DNA of 64,000 bases from Podarcis gaigeae. Its lineage: Eukaryota. The notes beneath the pieces were generated by a model. The model did not search any database, was not told the DNA's origin, and saw nothing but the letters and a program-made list of their open reading frames with translations. Positions within the stretch are counted from its first letter, which is position 1, and every line of letters begins with the position of its first letter. Below, piece after piece: positions 49,711 through 63,175 of the stretch. Location of the stretch: NCBI GenBank assembly GCA_964106915.2, contig OZ066918.1; one strand, written 5' to 3'. The position numbers were made by a program, and so were the translations under genes.

Positions 49711-50075
49711 GGGAGCGGGTGGCGCTGTGGTCTAAACCACTGAGCCTAGGGCTTGCCGATCGGCAGGTCGGCGGTTTGAATCCCTGCAACGGGGTGAGTT
49801 CCCGTTGCTCGGTCGCAGCTCCTGCAAACCTAGCAGTTTGAAAGCATGTCAAGGTGCAAGTAGATAAATAGGTACTGCTTAACTGGGAAGGTAAACGGTG
49901 TTTCCGTGCGCTGCTCTGGTTTAGCCAGAAGCGGCTTAGTCATGCTGGCCACATGACCCGCAAAAACTGTCTGCAGACAAACGTCGGCTCCCTTGGCCAA
50001 TAAAGCGAGATGAGCGCTGCAATCCCAGAGTCGTCTGCAACTGGACTTAACTGTCAGGCATCCTTTACTTTTACC
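49711..50075 (+). mobile_element. Sauria (Squam1) SINE
   Basis: A-box TGGCGCTGTGG, B-box GGTTTGAATCC, CCTTTACTTTTACC tail, 13-bp TSD TTATATAGGCCAG (49698-49710 / 50076-50088). Confidence 0.9.
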
Positions 50076-51659
50076 TTATATAGGCCAGAGAACAGTACAA
50101 GCTGATTTGGGGTATGGCACTTGAAACGGTCTGAAAAAACAGAGGCACGACAATCTGAAAGGAATATTTCGGCACATTGGTTATTGCCAACTTTTCTGAA
50201 CAGCAGTTACATCTGTTGTGCATTGTGTACTTTTCATTTCACAAAATATATGCACTGCTTGACTGGTTTTGTTTTGTTTTTTAAAAAATACCCTCAATGC
50301 AGTTTACAAAGTTAAAAAAGGAAGTCTAGGAAAAATTAGACCTCATCCCCAAAGGTGCCCTTCTTCCTTGTTTCCTGAGACGGACGGATACCAGCAAGTT
50401 TAAAACATACAAGAAGTTAAAATACTAATATAGGTTAAAATTCACATCACCTTTCTAGGCATCTGGGTAGGCTTTTTTGGGGGGGGAGGGGGGAATGTGG
50501 TATTACCCAAAAGGTATTGAGGATAGGTCAAGGACTAGATAGCTGCCACGTCAGTGAATAGCTATCACTGTTAGCCTCACAGCAAACAGGGAAGACATTC
50601 AAATTTTGCCAGACATTTGCTGTTTTTAATTATATTTCTGCTCCTGTGGGCTGTTGAGCCTACTTCTCTTAGTTGTTCTTCTACTGTTGTGATTTTATTA
50701 TAAATGATCCTATCCTTGAAAGCAAATGGTGGGACCTTCTTGCTGAAAAGGAAGGCAGATTTCTAAATAAATAAATAAAACATTACCCTATATTTGTGCC
50801 ACTCTTCTATTCTTCACCCCCAGATTAATTCTTGATGTTATCGCTGTACTGAGTAGTCTTGATATCTGTAATTACATGTCCCCTAGAACTTTGTCTTCTG
50901 TATATGACTTTCACCACAGGCATATTTAATTAATTTAATTTGCCTCAAATAAAAATCTACTCACCAAAATATCATTGCTTGCCTAAATACACACACATAA
51001 ACACACAACATTTGGATTAATACAAATACATCTGATTTCTCCCACTATCTAGGGCAGTGTTCCGTATGTTTGTGTGCTATTAGTGCTGTAATAATTTTCA
51101 CTTTCGCTGTAACTTCAATGTTTTGATTTTTCTAGGCTATAATTAGGTCCCATGTTGCATGGTCATTTCAATCTTGATACTTAGATCTGTTTCACAATTA
51201 CCTTTGTCATGTTTTATAGAATTAAGAGGGTTAAAAGAAGTCACTTAAAAAAAAATCTTGATGATGTTAGATCTGGCTTGCTGCATTAATCTGCCTTATC
51301 TGCATTAATTTAATTTTCTTTATCTCTGTGGAAAGCTGCTTGGACTTCCCTACCTTCCTAACTCTGATGATCAAAGACTTCACAGAAATATTTTCAACAC
51401 TGTGCTGTATCAGTGTAATGCACATTGGATAATCTTGCAAACACTATGCCATTAAACAAACTCAGAAGGTTAGCTAAATGGAATTTAAGTTGTAAATATT
51501 TATCTATTACCTATGGGAAATCCCCCAAGATAAACATTGCAAATCTTTCAGGGCCTAAATACAGTTGCACCTAGATCCTAAAACACTTTGAAGCCCCACT
51601 GATTTCAGTCGGCCTTAGTCTAATAAGTAACACTTGGACTCAAATCACCCAAATAATAT

Positions 51660-52288
51660 TGTTACAGATTTGGGGGAACCAGAGTCTGAGGGTGCAAAGG
51701 CACCTGTAGTTGTAAGAAGTTAGTGAATGTTAGAAATTGCTGGATGCTAGAAACCACTAATTGCTTAGAGTCTTCCCCTGGGATGGAAATCGTTAAGCAT
51801 GCCAAAGGTGTTGATAGCCCGTCAAAGGAAGATGCTTGGGTCTGTAAAACTGAGGTTGCCAGGGTAACGTGGATGTGATGTCACACAGGAAAAATGTTGT
51901 CTTTTTAAAAAACAGAGGTTTGGAGGAAGGGCGGGTGAGCAAACAGAATGGGAGGTGTTGTGTTTGGCAAGGTGTTCTGGGAGGAAGGAGGACAACAAAG
52001 GAGAGAACTTGATGTAGTGCTGGGTGGAGGAGGCTACACTGAGAAGCCAGGGGCCATGACTGGCTGCTATTTTGGACCCAAACTTGCTGAAGCTATGATG
52101 GGGTCAACGAGAAACCCTCTTGTGGTGTACTGTATCCCACTTCCACTGAAGGCTTCCAGGTGTAAATATGTGCAAAATAAACTGTATTTCTCTGCTGTGC
52201 CTTGATTTTCCAATGGAAACACAACCCTGCCTAGAAACCCCCTGGAATCTTGCTACCACTGAGCAGAGACTAGGGGTGGCGTGTAACA
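51660..52288 (+). mobile_element. Solo LTR (629 bp, probable 4-bp TSD; Gypsy or ERV type)
   Basis: Perfect TGTTACA...TGTAACA termini, flanks ATAT/ATGT, AATAAA at 52176-52181, composition shift from the flanks. Confidence 0.7.
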
Positions 52289-54870
52289 ATGTTGTATCAT
52301 ATGACTGCTTAGCACCAACGGACGGCAGAAATACAATCCCAAAATAGGAGACAGTATTAAGGTATATAAAGAGAAACATGGACATAGAAGAAAGCAGGTA
52401 ATTCCAGTATATTGCAGGATGGAAGAACACCTTGGTGGTAAAGCTTGGATACCCAGAAATGGATTAGTTAAAGAAAGGGTGGGGAGTCATGGAAAAGCAC
52501 CTGCAAGAAAAGGCCAACTTAGCTAGATGAGCAGGAGGGAACAGGTAGAAGGCAACATGGTGGTATGACAATAAATAAGCTTCTGCATTCCTAAGAAATG
52601 ATAAATTTTGATTTTAAAATATTTTGACAGCATCCGAAAAGCTTCATATTCTTATTGTGTGTTGTCCACCTGTGTAGCCCTACTTTGCTGGGGAATGGCT
52701 AATTCCAACAAATTTACTAGTGTACTACTGCAGCTGAAGGACATGCAAACATAGTCTTTCCTGACACTAACTGTGTAGACACAAACAAGGTCAACGTTTT
52801 AAATGTGTTATCAGAGCGTACGTTTTCCTAATATGCCTTTTCGACTTTATAAAGGTCAAAATTAAGTGCATGATCATTTCCCCAACAAGATACTGTTATA
52901 AAAAGGCGCGTGGCATGCTTTAGACAGAGAAACAGTTCCCAAAAGAACATAAGGGCAGCAAAAACGAACCGTCAAAAAGTAGCAAAAATGCTGATCTTCC
53001 AGTAGCACTGTCATGGTACATCTAATTGATTGTGCTGGACCCCACTCTGTTCCAGAAATAAATCTTTTAAGTTATATTTGTGACTGTTTTTCCATGCTCT
53101 GTGTTGAAGAATTGCCTTTGCACAGTCTCTGCAATTAAATCATGGGTCAACATTAGCTTCTCTGTTTCCTCCTGCTCCTTCCTATTTCAAGGGTCTCCTT
53201 TACTCTTCACATTACAAATCACTGAGATGTACAGTAGTATCAGCTTCCTGCTATGTAAACTGTTCATGCTTGCCATGCAGTGACCTCTCTGTATTGATTC
53301 AAGACATCTGACAGTCTGCACTGCACTCTTTAAATTCATGGGTGTCTTCTATCTCTTCTGCTCTTTTGATCAGTCCTTTTCTCCCTCCTTCACTTTTTGC
53401 ACAGGTAGCTATGGAAAGCAATAAGACCTAGATTTCCACTGCCCCTGAAAAGCAGTTCACTGGGCGCTAAGCTTTAAAGAATCACATTTTCCCCCACACC
53501 AGCTGTTTCTATCCCACTTAATTTGAGTACAGGAGTTCCAACTATGTCACAATCAATAAAATGGCATCCGAAGGTTTAAAACTTTCCAGCTTTACTAGGT
53601 AATATCTCAAGAAGATGAACCTTTTTAAAGGTTTAATTTAAAGCAGAGAGGAATGGTTTATATTGATTCTAATACTCTAAATGCTTTTCTTATTTTAGCA
53701 ATTACCTTCCAATAATTATGTTTTGAGCACCAGAAATGTGTACCTGATTCAACAGTATATGGTAATTATTACACTTTGCCTCGAACTATAAAATTAACTT
53801 TGGGAAGTACAGAACTTGAAGATAAATTCTGAAACAAAAGTTCGTGGTGAGTTTGAGATATAAGAAGCAAAAGGAACTGTAGCCCTACCACTCTTGGAAT
53901 ACTTAGCTGTATTATTTCAGAGTTTCAACAGCAAAAAATAAGGCCAAAATCTAAAGAACACGTGATCCCTAGCATTCAGTTTTCGTGGGCAAATGCTCTT
54001 TCCCAACAGGATTATAGTAAAATAAAAAAATTAAAATGTAGGGTCATTTTTGCCTGTCAGTGCAAAATTCAACTACTGAATTGGCTGATTTTGAGTTTTA
54101 TTTTAATCCTAATAATGTTGTCCTGATAGTAAAGCTATCTGGTAATAGTGTATAACAGCAATCAAGAATCCATTAAATTTCTTGCATATTATGTTGGAGG
54201 GTATGGTTCAGCAGCAGTGCTACTGGCAGGTGGTGCAGTAGTGGTGAGCGTCCTACGGGTGGGGGTGGGGTGGCGGGGTGGCAGAGCAGGGTGACACTTC
54301 TTGTTTTGCCTCAAGTGGTGAAATGGGACATACCACCCCTGATCTCATGATTCACAGCTATCAGTTCTGAGGGAAGGTAGGCAAGGACCCACAGCCCAGC
54401 TGGAGCTCACTAACTTGGGGAGTTGGAGTAGGCTCAGGACAGGTGAGGGTTCCATGTCTTGTCAAACCCAGAAAATATAACAGGAAAGCCGTCCTGGCCA
54501 GGCCTGCGTACATATTAGCAAAGTATATAGACCATTATTTTATAAATATTTCACCATGCTTTCAGTATGAATGCTATGTAATAGTATTAATTCCCTTGGA
54601 CTTTCTTTTTACCATATAAAGTATCAAAATCATCTTTTGTTTGTTCAGAGATGGGCAATATTTAGCTGTCAAGATATTGTTGATTATTATCCTTGATCAC
54701 TGACAATGTTGACTGGAACAGATGAGAGTTGGGAGTCCAATCATATCTGAAAGGCTACAATGATCCCCACCCTTGCTTTAGTTGGATGTGCACTATGGAA
54801 CCTCAAGGTGCTTACTGATGTAATCTCAAATCTTCTGTTGTGATAGTCAACATGTGATAGAGAAGAGCTA

Positions 54871-55002
54871 NNNNNNNNNNNNNNNNNNNNNNNNNNNNNN
54901 NNNNNNNNNNNNNNNNNNNNNNNNNNNNNNNNNNNNNNNNNNNNNNNNNNNNNNNNNNNNNNNNNNNNNNNNNNNNNNNNNNNNNNNNNNNNNNNNNNNN
55001 NN
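54871..55002. other. N-run (132 nt)
   Basis: Undetermined bases. Confidence 0.99.
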
Positions 55003-55209
55003 GAACCCCTGGCTGGTCAACACAATGTTGATACCTAGAAAGGTTCTAAAACATATAAAATGTCAGTTTGTATACATTTAGATCACAAAGAAGTAGCATG
55101 GTTTACTTAAGAAGTGATTCCAGTTTGACATTATTTCCTTTTTTGAATAGAGTTACTAGTATTAGCAGATCAGGGGAATGCTGCTGACGTATTTTTTCTC
55201 TATTTCAGC

Positions 55210-55555
55210 AAGACATGTGATAGCAAAAAAAGGCTAATGCAATTCTAGCTTGCATCAGTTCTGCTTTGGTCAGGCAGCCAGGAGTAGTGTCCCCATTTCT
55301 GGGCACACTGGATTAAGAAAGGTATCAGCAAACTGACATGTGTCCAAATGAATGGTGAGGAGCCTGAAGATCAGGCCATAGGTGAAGGCTGCTTGACAGT
55401 GGAACAGACTGCCTTGGAAAATGGCTGACTCTCCTTCATTAGAAATTTGTAAGCAGAGATGGATAGCTACCTAACCAGGATACTGAAGAAGTGGACTTCC
55501 TGCACCGACAGAGAGTCAAACTAGACAACCTTTGAAGACCCTTTCCAACTCCAGG
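55210..55555 (+). mobile_element. CR1 LINE fragment
   Basis: KKANAILACI-like segment and 3' CTAGA.AACCTTTGAAG.CCCTTTCCAACTC; short CR1 tails also at 43660-43750 and 61300-61405. Confidence 0.6.
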
Positions 55556-57962
55556 ACACTTCTTTCCAAGGCATAATGATGAAATGTATACGTTCCCATT
55601 GTCCGTGTACTAGGATTTCATTAAAAGATTGTTCTCAAGTAAGTGGCTCAGCACATATATGCAGAAGAGTAAAAAAGCATTGGATACAATGGATAAATAA
55701 AAATCCTACTACTAGCTTACAGGTAGTCAGATTTAAACAGAAATGATATTGTAAGTTAAAAAAAATATGCAGCTTGTCCTTGCTCATTTACTTCGGACTC
55801 AGCTGTCATTCCGAATTGCCTTAGCCACTTCAGCTAAGCATTTCTCTTCCTGTTTAGCTTTGAGATGGAGATGTGTCTGAGTAAGGTATACATACAGGTG
55901 CTACCAGAAAGTGTCAAGATATCAAATCAAGGCAAATAATTCAGAATAGATGTTTGCAGTAAACAAATAAGCAAACAGCCGTCAAGAAGAGCACACCTGA
56001 ACTCTTGCATGTGATTATAACAGCTTCTTAAATGCAGTACATAAAATAGAAAAGTAGTACAAACTCATGCTGCCACTGTTTAGTTCACTGGAGGAGGGGT
56101 GAATTAATGGCTGCTCTCTTTTCCCCATTAACCAGTTAGGTTATAGGATCCACTTTTTCAGGGTGTAATCCCTTATTTTTGGGAAAATACACAAAAGTAT
56201 TGGAACCATCTGAGTGGGGCAAATTTTACAGGTCTTTCATAAGTGAGGACCATATGATCAGGTGATGGAATTACACAATGGGGGAAAGAGATATTGAAGG
56301 TGTGCAATGGTAGAGCAGTTGCAGGTGCCTTTACCTATGAGGAAGTAACTTGATTAAGTTTCTCACACACAAATACTTGGTCCTGTTCAGGGCTGACATT
56401 CACTCTGGGAGAAACACTTCTACTGAAAAGCAGGCCAGTGGTTAAGAAGCATGTACCTTTGACACACTGCCCAGTTCTGCAGGTATAGTTTACCAGCAGT
56501 ATGTGTGAAAATTCTCTACCCTTTAATTTCACACTAAATGTTTGCTGGTGGGAGGGACACAAAGGATAAAGAGAGAGTACAATGAAAAATAGTCATTAGC
56601 AGAGCCCTGTGTATGTGGACAATAGGCCTTGTGGACAACACAACACAGGGGACTTAAATTAAGGCACAGCGAAGAAACATTTTCTCTAAATTAGAGGTTT
56701 ATGCACCTTTTGCACTGTGACCTGACTGAACAACATAGCAAAGAAAAACGTAGGCTTCCAAAGGGTCTCATTCTGAGGTGACTGCTGTATGCTAGAGTAA
56801 CAGTATTGCCTGAGGGCTGCTATTAGTCACAGGCAGAGAGAAGCCTTTTTTGGTACCCAATTTTCTTTTCATTTCTTTAACAAACCAGCTGGTTTGAAAA
56901 TGTACTACTCTCATTTTACTGAGGAAGACAGCCTCAGGATATTTTCCAATGGCTAAGCCTGCAAATTCATTGATGGAAACACTGATTCCAAGATCAGTCC
57001 ACTCATGGTTAAATTCAGTTTATAAGCTCATCCCTCAAAATTGATTTACAATTTCTCCTCAAATAATAAGTTATCTCTTCCTGTTTATACTTGGATTCTT
57101 TCTTCTCTAACTTCAGTCAAGGTCTTAATACTTGCAAAGTCCTCCCCATCTCCCATTCCTGTCTCTCTTTGATATTCAGAGTTTGGGACTGCAATTGGAA
57201 GAGCATATGATCAGTAAGGAGATGTATTATTCCAGATAATTCTGGGTATCAGGCTAAACAAAATGTATTTTATGCAGAAATATGTGTTTAGAAAAAAAAA
57301 CCACATGTGCTACAACTATTTATCAGTGTTAGTCGTCAAAAATATTGGCTAGCATTTCAGTTTTACACTTTATTCCAGCTATAAAACATGCACACCTGCT
57401 CTCAGTCTGAACTCTATTAACTGAGAAAAAGGAAGGAAAAGCACCCTCTTAGAATTCAACATGTTGAGAAAAACATTTCTCGACTCAAAAAATGGGCTTG
57501 TGGTGCAAAAGGTCACACATTACAGTCTGTACTTTGTGTAAAGTAAACCTGTTCCATATTTGGCACAAGAGACGTACCTGCATAATAGTTCGCACCTGCT
57601 TAATGAAAATATTTGCCATATCTGATAAGAACAGTTGAGGATTAAAAGTCCTAAATATTTTGTGTTAAATTTTATAAGGATCCGCTGAAATGCATTAATT
57701 CATTTCCTTCCGATCTCTATTGGACCTCTGCTCTCCAGCAATGGCTATGCTAGTTGATATCGATCAAAAGTGTTAACGCCTTCATGCATGAATTAGTGTT
57801 AAGCATGTTGATTATATGAGGCTGGTTACACCACACTTTCCCCACAGAATTGGCAATATACCTAGGAAGATTGTGTGTGCTGATTCCATGAGAAAGACCC
57901 ATGCAACTGGCCACCCACTGCCCATGTGGTTAGCCTACTGAGCCATAATTTCTCAGAATGTA

Positions 57963-58193
57963 CAGTGGTACCTCGGGTTACATACACTTCAGGTTACATA
58001 CGCTTCAGATTACAGACTCCGCTAACCCAGAAATATTACCTCGGGTTAAGAAGTTTGCTTCAGGATGAGAACAGAAATTGTGTGGCGGCAGCGGGAAGCC
58101 CCATTAGCTAAAGTGCTGCTTCAAGTTAAGAACAGTTTCAGGTTAAGAACGGACCTCCGGAACGAATTAAGTACTTAACCTGAGGTACCATTG
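57963..58193 (+). mobile_element. Tigger/pogo-like MITE, family A copy 3
   Basis: TA-flanked, same TIRs and internal sequence as copies 1, 2 and 4. Confidence 0.9.
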
Positions 58194-58613
58194 TAATTTT
58201 CAAAGAATTCCCCCCCCCCCCAATATTCTCCATCATTTTTCTGTAGGGGCTGCCATTCCACACCAATGACATCAGGTCTGTGCAAACATTATGGAGGATG
58301 CAAAATGGTGGCCTGGCTTCCACACAGTTGCAATGATTGCAAACCAAACCACTACCACAACAACCTGAGCTCCTGCCACCGCTAATGGTGAATCCCACCC
58401 TGGAGAAACTGGGAAGAGTTTATCCTCCCCCTGGAAAAGTTTGTGAAATAAGTATTCCAAATCTCTCTGGCCACAAGTATGATGAAATAATTCAAGAGGC
58501 CATTTGCACGTGGCTCTAATCTAAAGTTTTTGGATCAGCATAGAATCTACTTACAGACAAGAAACTTTCATACAGCTAGGCATGCCGCATATGACAATAC
58601 AAAATATACAGAC

Positions 58614-58774
58614 CGTTCTCCAGCAGCGGGTGGTGAAAAGGGGGCACAGGAAGCTTCTCTATCATCCAGGGTTCACAGAAATAGGCCTGAAGCCAAGCCA
58701 CACACTGTTTCAGCGGCTCGGCTGTTTCCTCTGAGGCTTCACATACTTCACAAGACACAGAGGCATCCGAAGTG
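58614..58774 (-). CDS. MGMT: MGMT internal coding exon (equivalent to human exon 3), N-terminal domain
   Basis: Translates TSDASVSCEVCEASEETAEPLKQCVAWLQAYFCEPWMIEKLPVPPFHHPLLEN, matching vertebrate AGT 'EPLMQCTAWLNAYFHQPEAIEEFPVPALHHPVFQQ'. Acceptor cattcttctag|C (phase 2), donor AACG|gtctgt (phase 1), 161 nt; joins the next exon in frame (G+CT = Ala). Confidence 0.93.
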
Positions 58775-59719
58775 CTAGAAGAATGATAACATTAGTTTAA
58801 TAATTAGCTTCACAGTCTAACTGCAAAGATTTTTTTTTTCAAACAAAAGAGTAAGATACCAACTCACACAGAATGAATTTCCCCAGCCCAAATATAAGAG
58901 CAGCAGAAAAAAAAACACACACACACACACACCCTACGTCTGAAGAACTGATCATCAAATTAGAAAAGGGGAAAACAATAAAGTAGCTCAGTTTCCGTTT
59001 AAGAAGGAAAGGTCCAGGTAATGTTTATTTATGTTTTGTATTATTCAAGTCCAACAGAACAGAAATATCTTCTTTTAACTTTCTACATCCCCAATAAAAG
59101 TGATTTCAAACCCAAGAAAAAAAGAATTTCCTGTTCCTAACTATGCAGACGTGAGCAACACACTGAACAGCAACAGTAAAAGTGTCAAGTGTTACTGTTG
59201 TTGAGCAATGCTTATAAACTAGAAAGCAAAATAAACCCTCTGTGTACTTTAGTGAAACATACATATAGGTGGTGAGAGGGGCAAAACTAGAAGCTAATTT
59301 TTGCATTTGCACTTCCAGTATGACTGCAATTAATCAAATATGTCACAGAGACTTATATACAAGAAATGCAAGCCCAATGTTTGTGGTCCCTTCCAACTCT
59401 ACAATTTGATGATTCTATGATTGCCAACTTGCAAATAGTTCTCATTTACTGGGAGCCATCTATTGTTTTGTATTGTTACGTTCCTTATTTAGGATATGCA
59501 GTGCTTTTTTTGGGGGGGGGGGGCGTACTCAAGGTTATTCAGTACCGGCACCTTTTTTGTTTGGTTTGGTTTGGTTAAAAAGTGTGGAACTTACTGTAAC
59601 AACAACATGGTGAATACCAGCAACTCTCCACTTCCCAGGAGAATATAGGTGGTATTCACCTCAGAACCTACTGAAATTAATGGACCTAACTTAATCATGT
59701 TCATTTTCAATGAGTAGTT

Positions 59720-59853
59720 CAGGCTTCCTCAACCTTGGCCCTCCAGATGTTTTGAGACTACTATTCCCATCATCCCTGACCACTGGTCCTGCTAGCTAGG
59801 GATCATGGGAGTTGTAGGCCAAAACATCTGGAGGGCCTAGGTTGAGGAAGTTT
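59720..59853. mobile_element. Palindromic hAT-type MITE
   Basis: CTTCCTCAACCT...CCCTCCAGATGTTTTG and CAAAACATCTGGAGGG...AGGTTGAGGAAG inverted ends; folds along most of its length. Confidence 0.75.
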
Positions 59854-62800
59854 AGTTTGAGTAAAACTTAGCTGACAGCTGTCCTATAATCTCACCCCAC
59901 AAAGAAAGAACCCTAGCAAACCTTTATTAACATCCAAGCTGTTTTTCTGGGCATTTATTGGCCTGCATAATTCTTATAGCAGAAACATTTTGTCTTAAAT
60001 TCCTATTTTAAATTTATCTTAACCCCTGATATGACCACACAAACCTCTGTTGTAGCATCCCATTGCAATGGCTTCTTTGGATTGATTGCTTATTCATGTT
60101 TGAATCACACAGTAAATCAAAAGCATTTGTGCTATATTTAGATATTCTAGATTAAAATTAATTTCCCCTATTTTAGACAAGGTCCCATACAATTGATAGT
60201 CCTTCTCCCACTCCTTGTTTTATTAAAATAACTAAAATAACTATGGAAACACAGGTTTCATAACAACAATATGGATGAATGTGGAGGCTTCAAATATCGG
60301 AGTCCATAAATTTATATCATTATCAAGCAACAGCACAAGGTTACTAAAAAATTCTTGGGACTTTCCCAGGTGGGCAGAAGATCCAAATAATGGCTCATTG
60401 TCTCATTTGGAAATAGGAAAACTTGCTGCTTGCCTCTTTACTATTGAGCACACAGGACCTTAGCTGAATAGGGAAAGGTAATCTTCACATGTCAATCACC
60501 TCAATTGCTACTACAGCAGAATATGCAAAGAGACAACTTTCAGCAGGTACATTTTTAGAACAATTTCTATCAGCATGGGCAAGGAAGAAACTCCATCTTG
60601 GTTCCCAGAAAACTGTAAAAGCATCCTCGCCTGTAAGTAAAGCAGTAAATACTAGCTCAGTTGTTAGCCAGCCAGTTCCCTATTTTTTTGGGAAGGTCCT
60701 ACCAGTTTGCACCCAGAGAAGTAATATGTACATGCATTCAAGTGTATTCGTGTTATGTCACAACTGCTTCCTCTGCTTCTTATTGCTCCCTTTCACTGGT
60801 AAGCAGTTTGCAGCTGAGTATTGACACCAGACAAACTGTCTCTGCAGTGCCAATCCTCTTTTCGTCTGCAAAGGTAAGACTGAAATTAGTATCTGTGCAT
60901 GTGTAGGTTGTGGCTTTCACTGATGTTGTTTTTTGAACAGGTGTTTTCTAAACTTTTCTAAAATGGCAACTTGTTTTTGCTGCAATGCACCAACATCACT
61001 ACTCCTCTATAAATGAGTATAATTTAGCATTTCTCTATGTTGGCCTCTTTCTGAATCAAACTCCTCAATAAAACTCTTTGGCATGTAAACACACAGAATC
61101 TTCACACACAGTTGCATGTACGAGACCTGCTGCTGGTGAACTAATCCAACAATAACATCCAGAACTACAACAGGGCATCTTACGTTCCCGTACAACCAAC
61201 CAGGTGGCTTATCTTGTGGAAAGCAGAATCTACGAACAACCAGAGAGGTCCGGTAAAGAAGAATGGAGTGGTGGGGAAAACTGGTTTTGGAGCTTTTTAA
61301 ATAGTGGTTGTATAGCTATCTGTCAGGGATGCTTTACTTATGATTCCTGCATTGTATGCGGTTGGACTAGCTATCCCCTGGGGTCTCTTCCAACTCTATG
61401 GTACTGACAGCATCTTGAATGGCAAGGGTAGCCTTCAGCTTCAGGCACACACAGAGAGTGAGGCAGACTACAGGCACCAATTCAGGGTCTGGAAAATGGA
61501 GGGAAACAAGGCGGGCAGGGACACAGGCTGCTATAGCAAATGTGACTCCTGATCTTGTAAAATTATCCCCTTATACTTTGCACATTTCATATTTCTGTTC
61601 AGTTATCAGATGCCTAGCCTGTGGAACACATTTTATACATTAAATGTAAGTTTAAATAAATAGAAACACGTTACATTTCTCGCATGAGTTTTAATAATAC
61701 TTATTTATCATCAGTGTTTTCATACTGCCCTTCAATCACATTCCCAGGGTGGTTTACGAAAAGAGTAATACAATTAAAATGTAAATACAAAAATAAGTAT
61801 TTTTAACACTTTAAAACGTGACATTAAAATATCCTTCACAACATCTTTTAAATGTTCCTTATAATATATGATGGAGTAAAATATACATAAAACACATATT
61901 ATTAACATTCCATGTGGAAATAAATAAAAAGTTGTTACATCAACACCTTAATGTCATTTAAATAGTCTTCCTTTGATAGATGAAGGCAAAACTACCCCCA
62001 AAATTGCAGATGAATTGTCTAGTCCCTAATGATTCCAAAACAATTACAGGATGCAGAGCAATCTAGTTAAATTTTATTCAAAAGCTTACTACACTTGTGT
62101 TTTCTCTTATTTTTCTATCAATGAAACCCAGGAGGCTTAAGCACAATTCATTATGTATGAGACCCAACTTACAGTGCTTGACTGTTGATTAATAGGAAAG
62201 TTTGCAGTATGTACATTTGCAACATTAGGTGCATACAATATGCTAACTTATTCTTCCACTGAAGCTAATTATTTACAAAAATGACTACTTGAGACTACAA
62301 TTTATTAAATGCATGCATCCAGCCTCAATTTGGCCCCAAAAGACAGTCTGGAATGAAGATCTTTTACTTGATGTGACAACTTCTGGAAAGAGTGTTATTA
62401 ATATTGTAAATGTGGCAAATAAAGAGTTCAGATAGCCTTATGTCTATTTTCTGTTTGTTTTTCACAGCTAAATCAATGAATAAAAACAGCTTTTCAAGAA
62501 GTTTAATACCCATATGAGAGACAAATTCTTTCTTTCTGCCCAAGTTTAAATTAACCATATAAATAATATGTCCATATATTAGTAATAATGATTTTTAAAA
62601 ATAGCTTGACAACTGAAATACATGGGAGCAGGTATACTCAATCTTTCAATTATACTTATTCATTTTTACTGACTCTTCTTAATTTGTTAGAACAACATTT
62701 ATTTTGAAGATATGCTTAAGAATCTCTAACAAGGCCTTCACTGTAAACCTGCTTATAGTTTGGCAGCTTAATACTCAATTAATTTCAGGTGAATTTTAGG

Positions 62801-62933
62801 TGTCTAGCAATTCACAAGACTGGACACTGGTAAAGGATTTGCTTATGCACTTCAGAATAAAACATTGTACAGAGAAGCAGCATGCAAATTTATTGATGTT
62901 TAAGATTGATCAAGCAACATTTGGAAAGTTGTA

Positions 62934-63175
62934 CAGTGGTACCTCGGGTTACATACGCTTCAGGTTACATACACTTCAGGTTACAGACTCCGCTAACCCA
63001 GAAATAGTACCTTGGGTTAAGAACTTTGCTTCAGGATGAGAACAGAAATCGTGCTCTGGCGGTGCGGCGGCAGCAGGAAGCCCCATTAGCTAAAGTGGTG
63101 CTTCAGGTTAAGAACAGTTTCAGGTTAAGAACGGACCTCCGGAACGAATTAAGTACTTAACCCGACGTACCACTG
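62934..63175 (+). mobile_element. Tigger/pogo-like MITE, family A copy 4
   Basis: TA-flanked, same TIRs and internal sequence. Confidence 0.9.

Larger units (their letters stand above)
31780..58613 (-). other. MGMT: MGMT intron (~26.8 kb, phase 1, GT-AG)
   Basis: Lies between exons 58614-58774 and 31640-31779; reading frame is consistent across it. Confidence 0.88.

Noticed and set aside
47257-55002. N-run lengths 140 and 132 equal MGMT exon lengths
   Set aside because: The real exons are present elsewhere and the other gaps (348, 324) do not match; treated as coincidence.
60490-61200. Candidate MGMT first coding exon or cryptic exons right of exon 3
   Set aside because: No SPLG..ELSGCE.GLH-like translation in the frames I checked; that exon probably lies outside the window.
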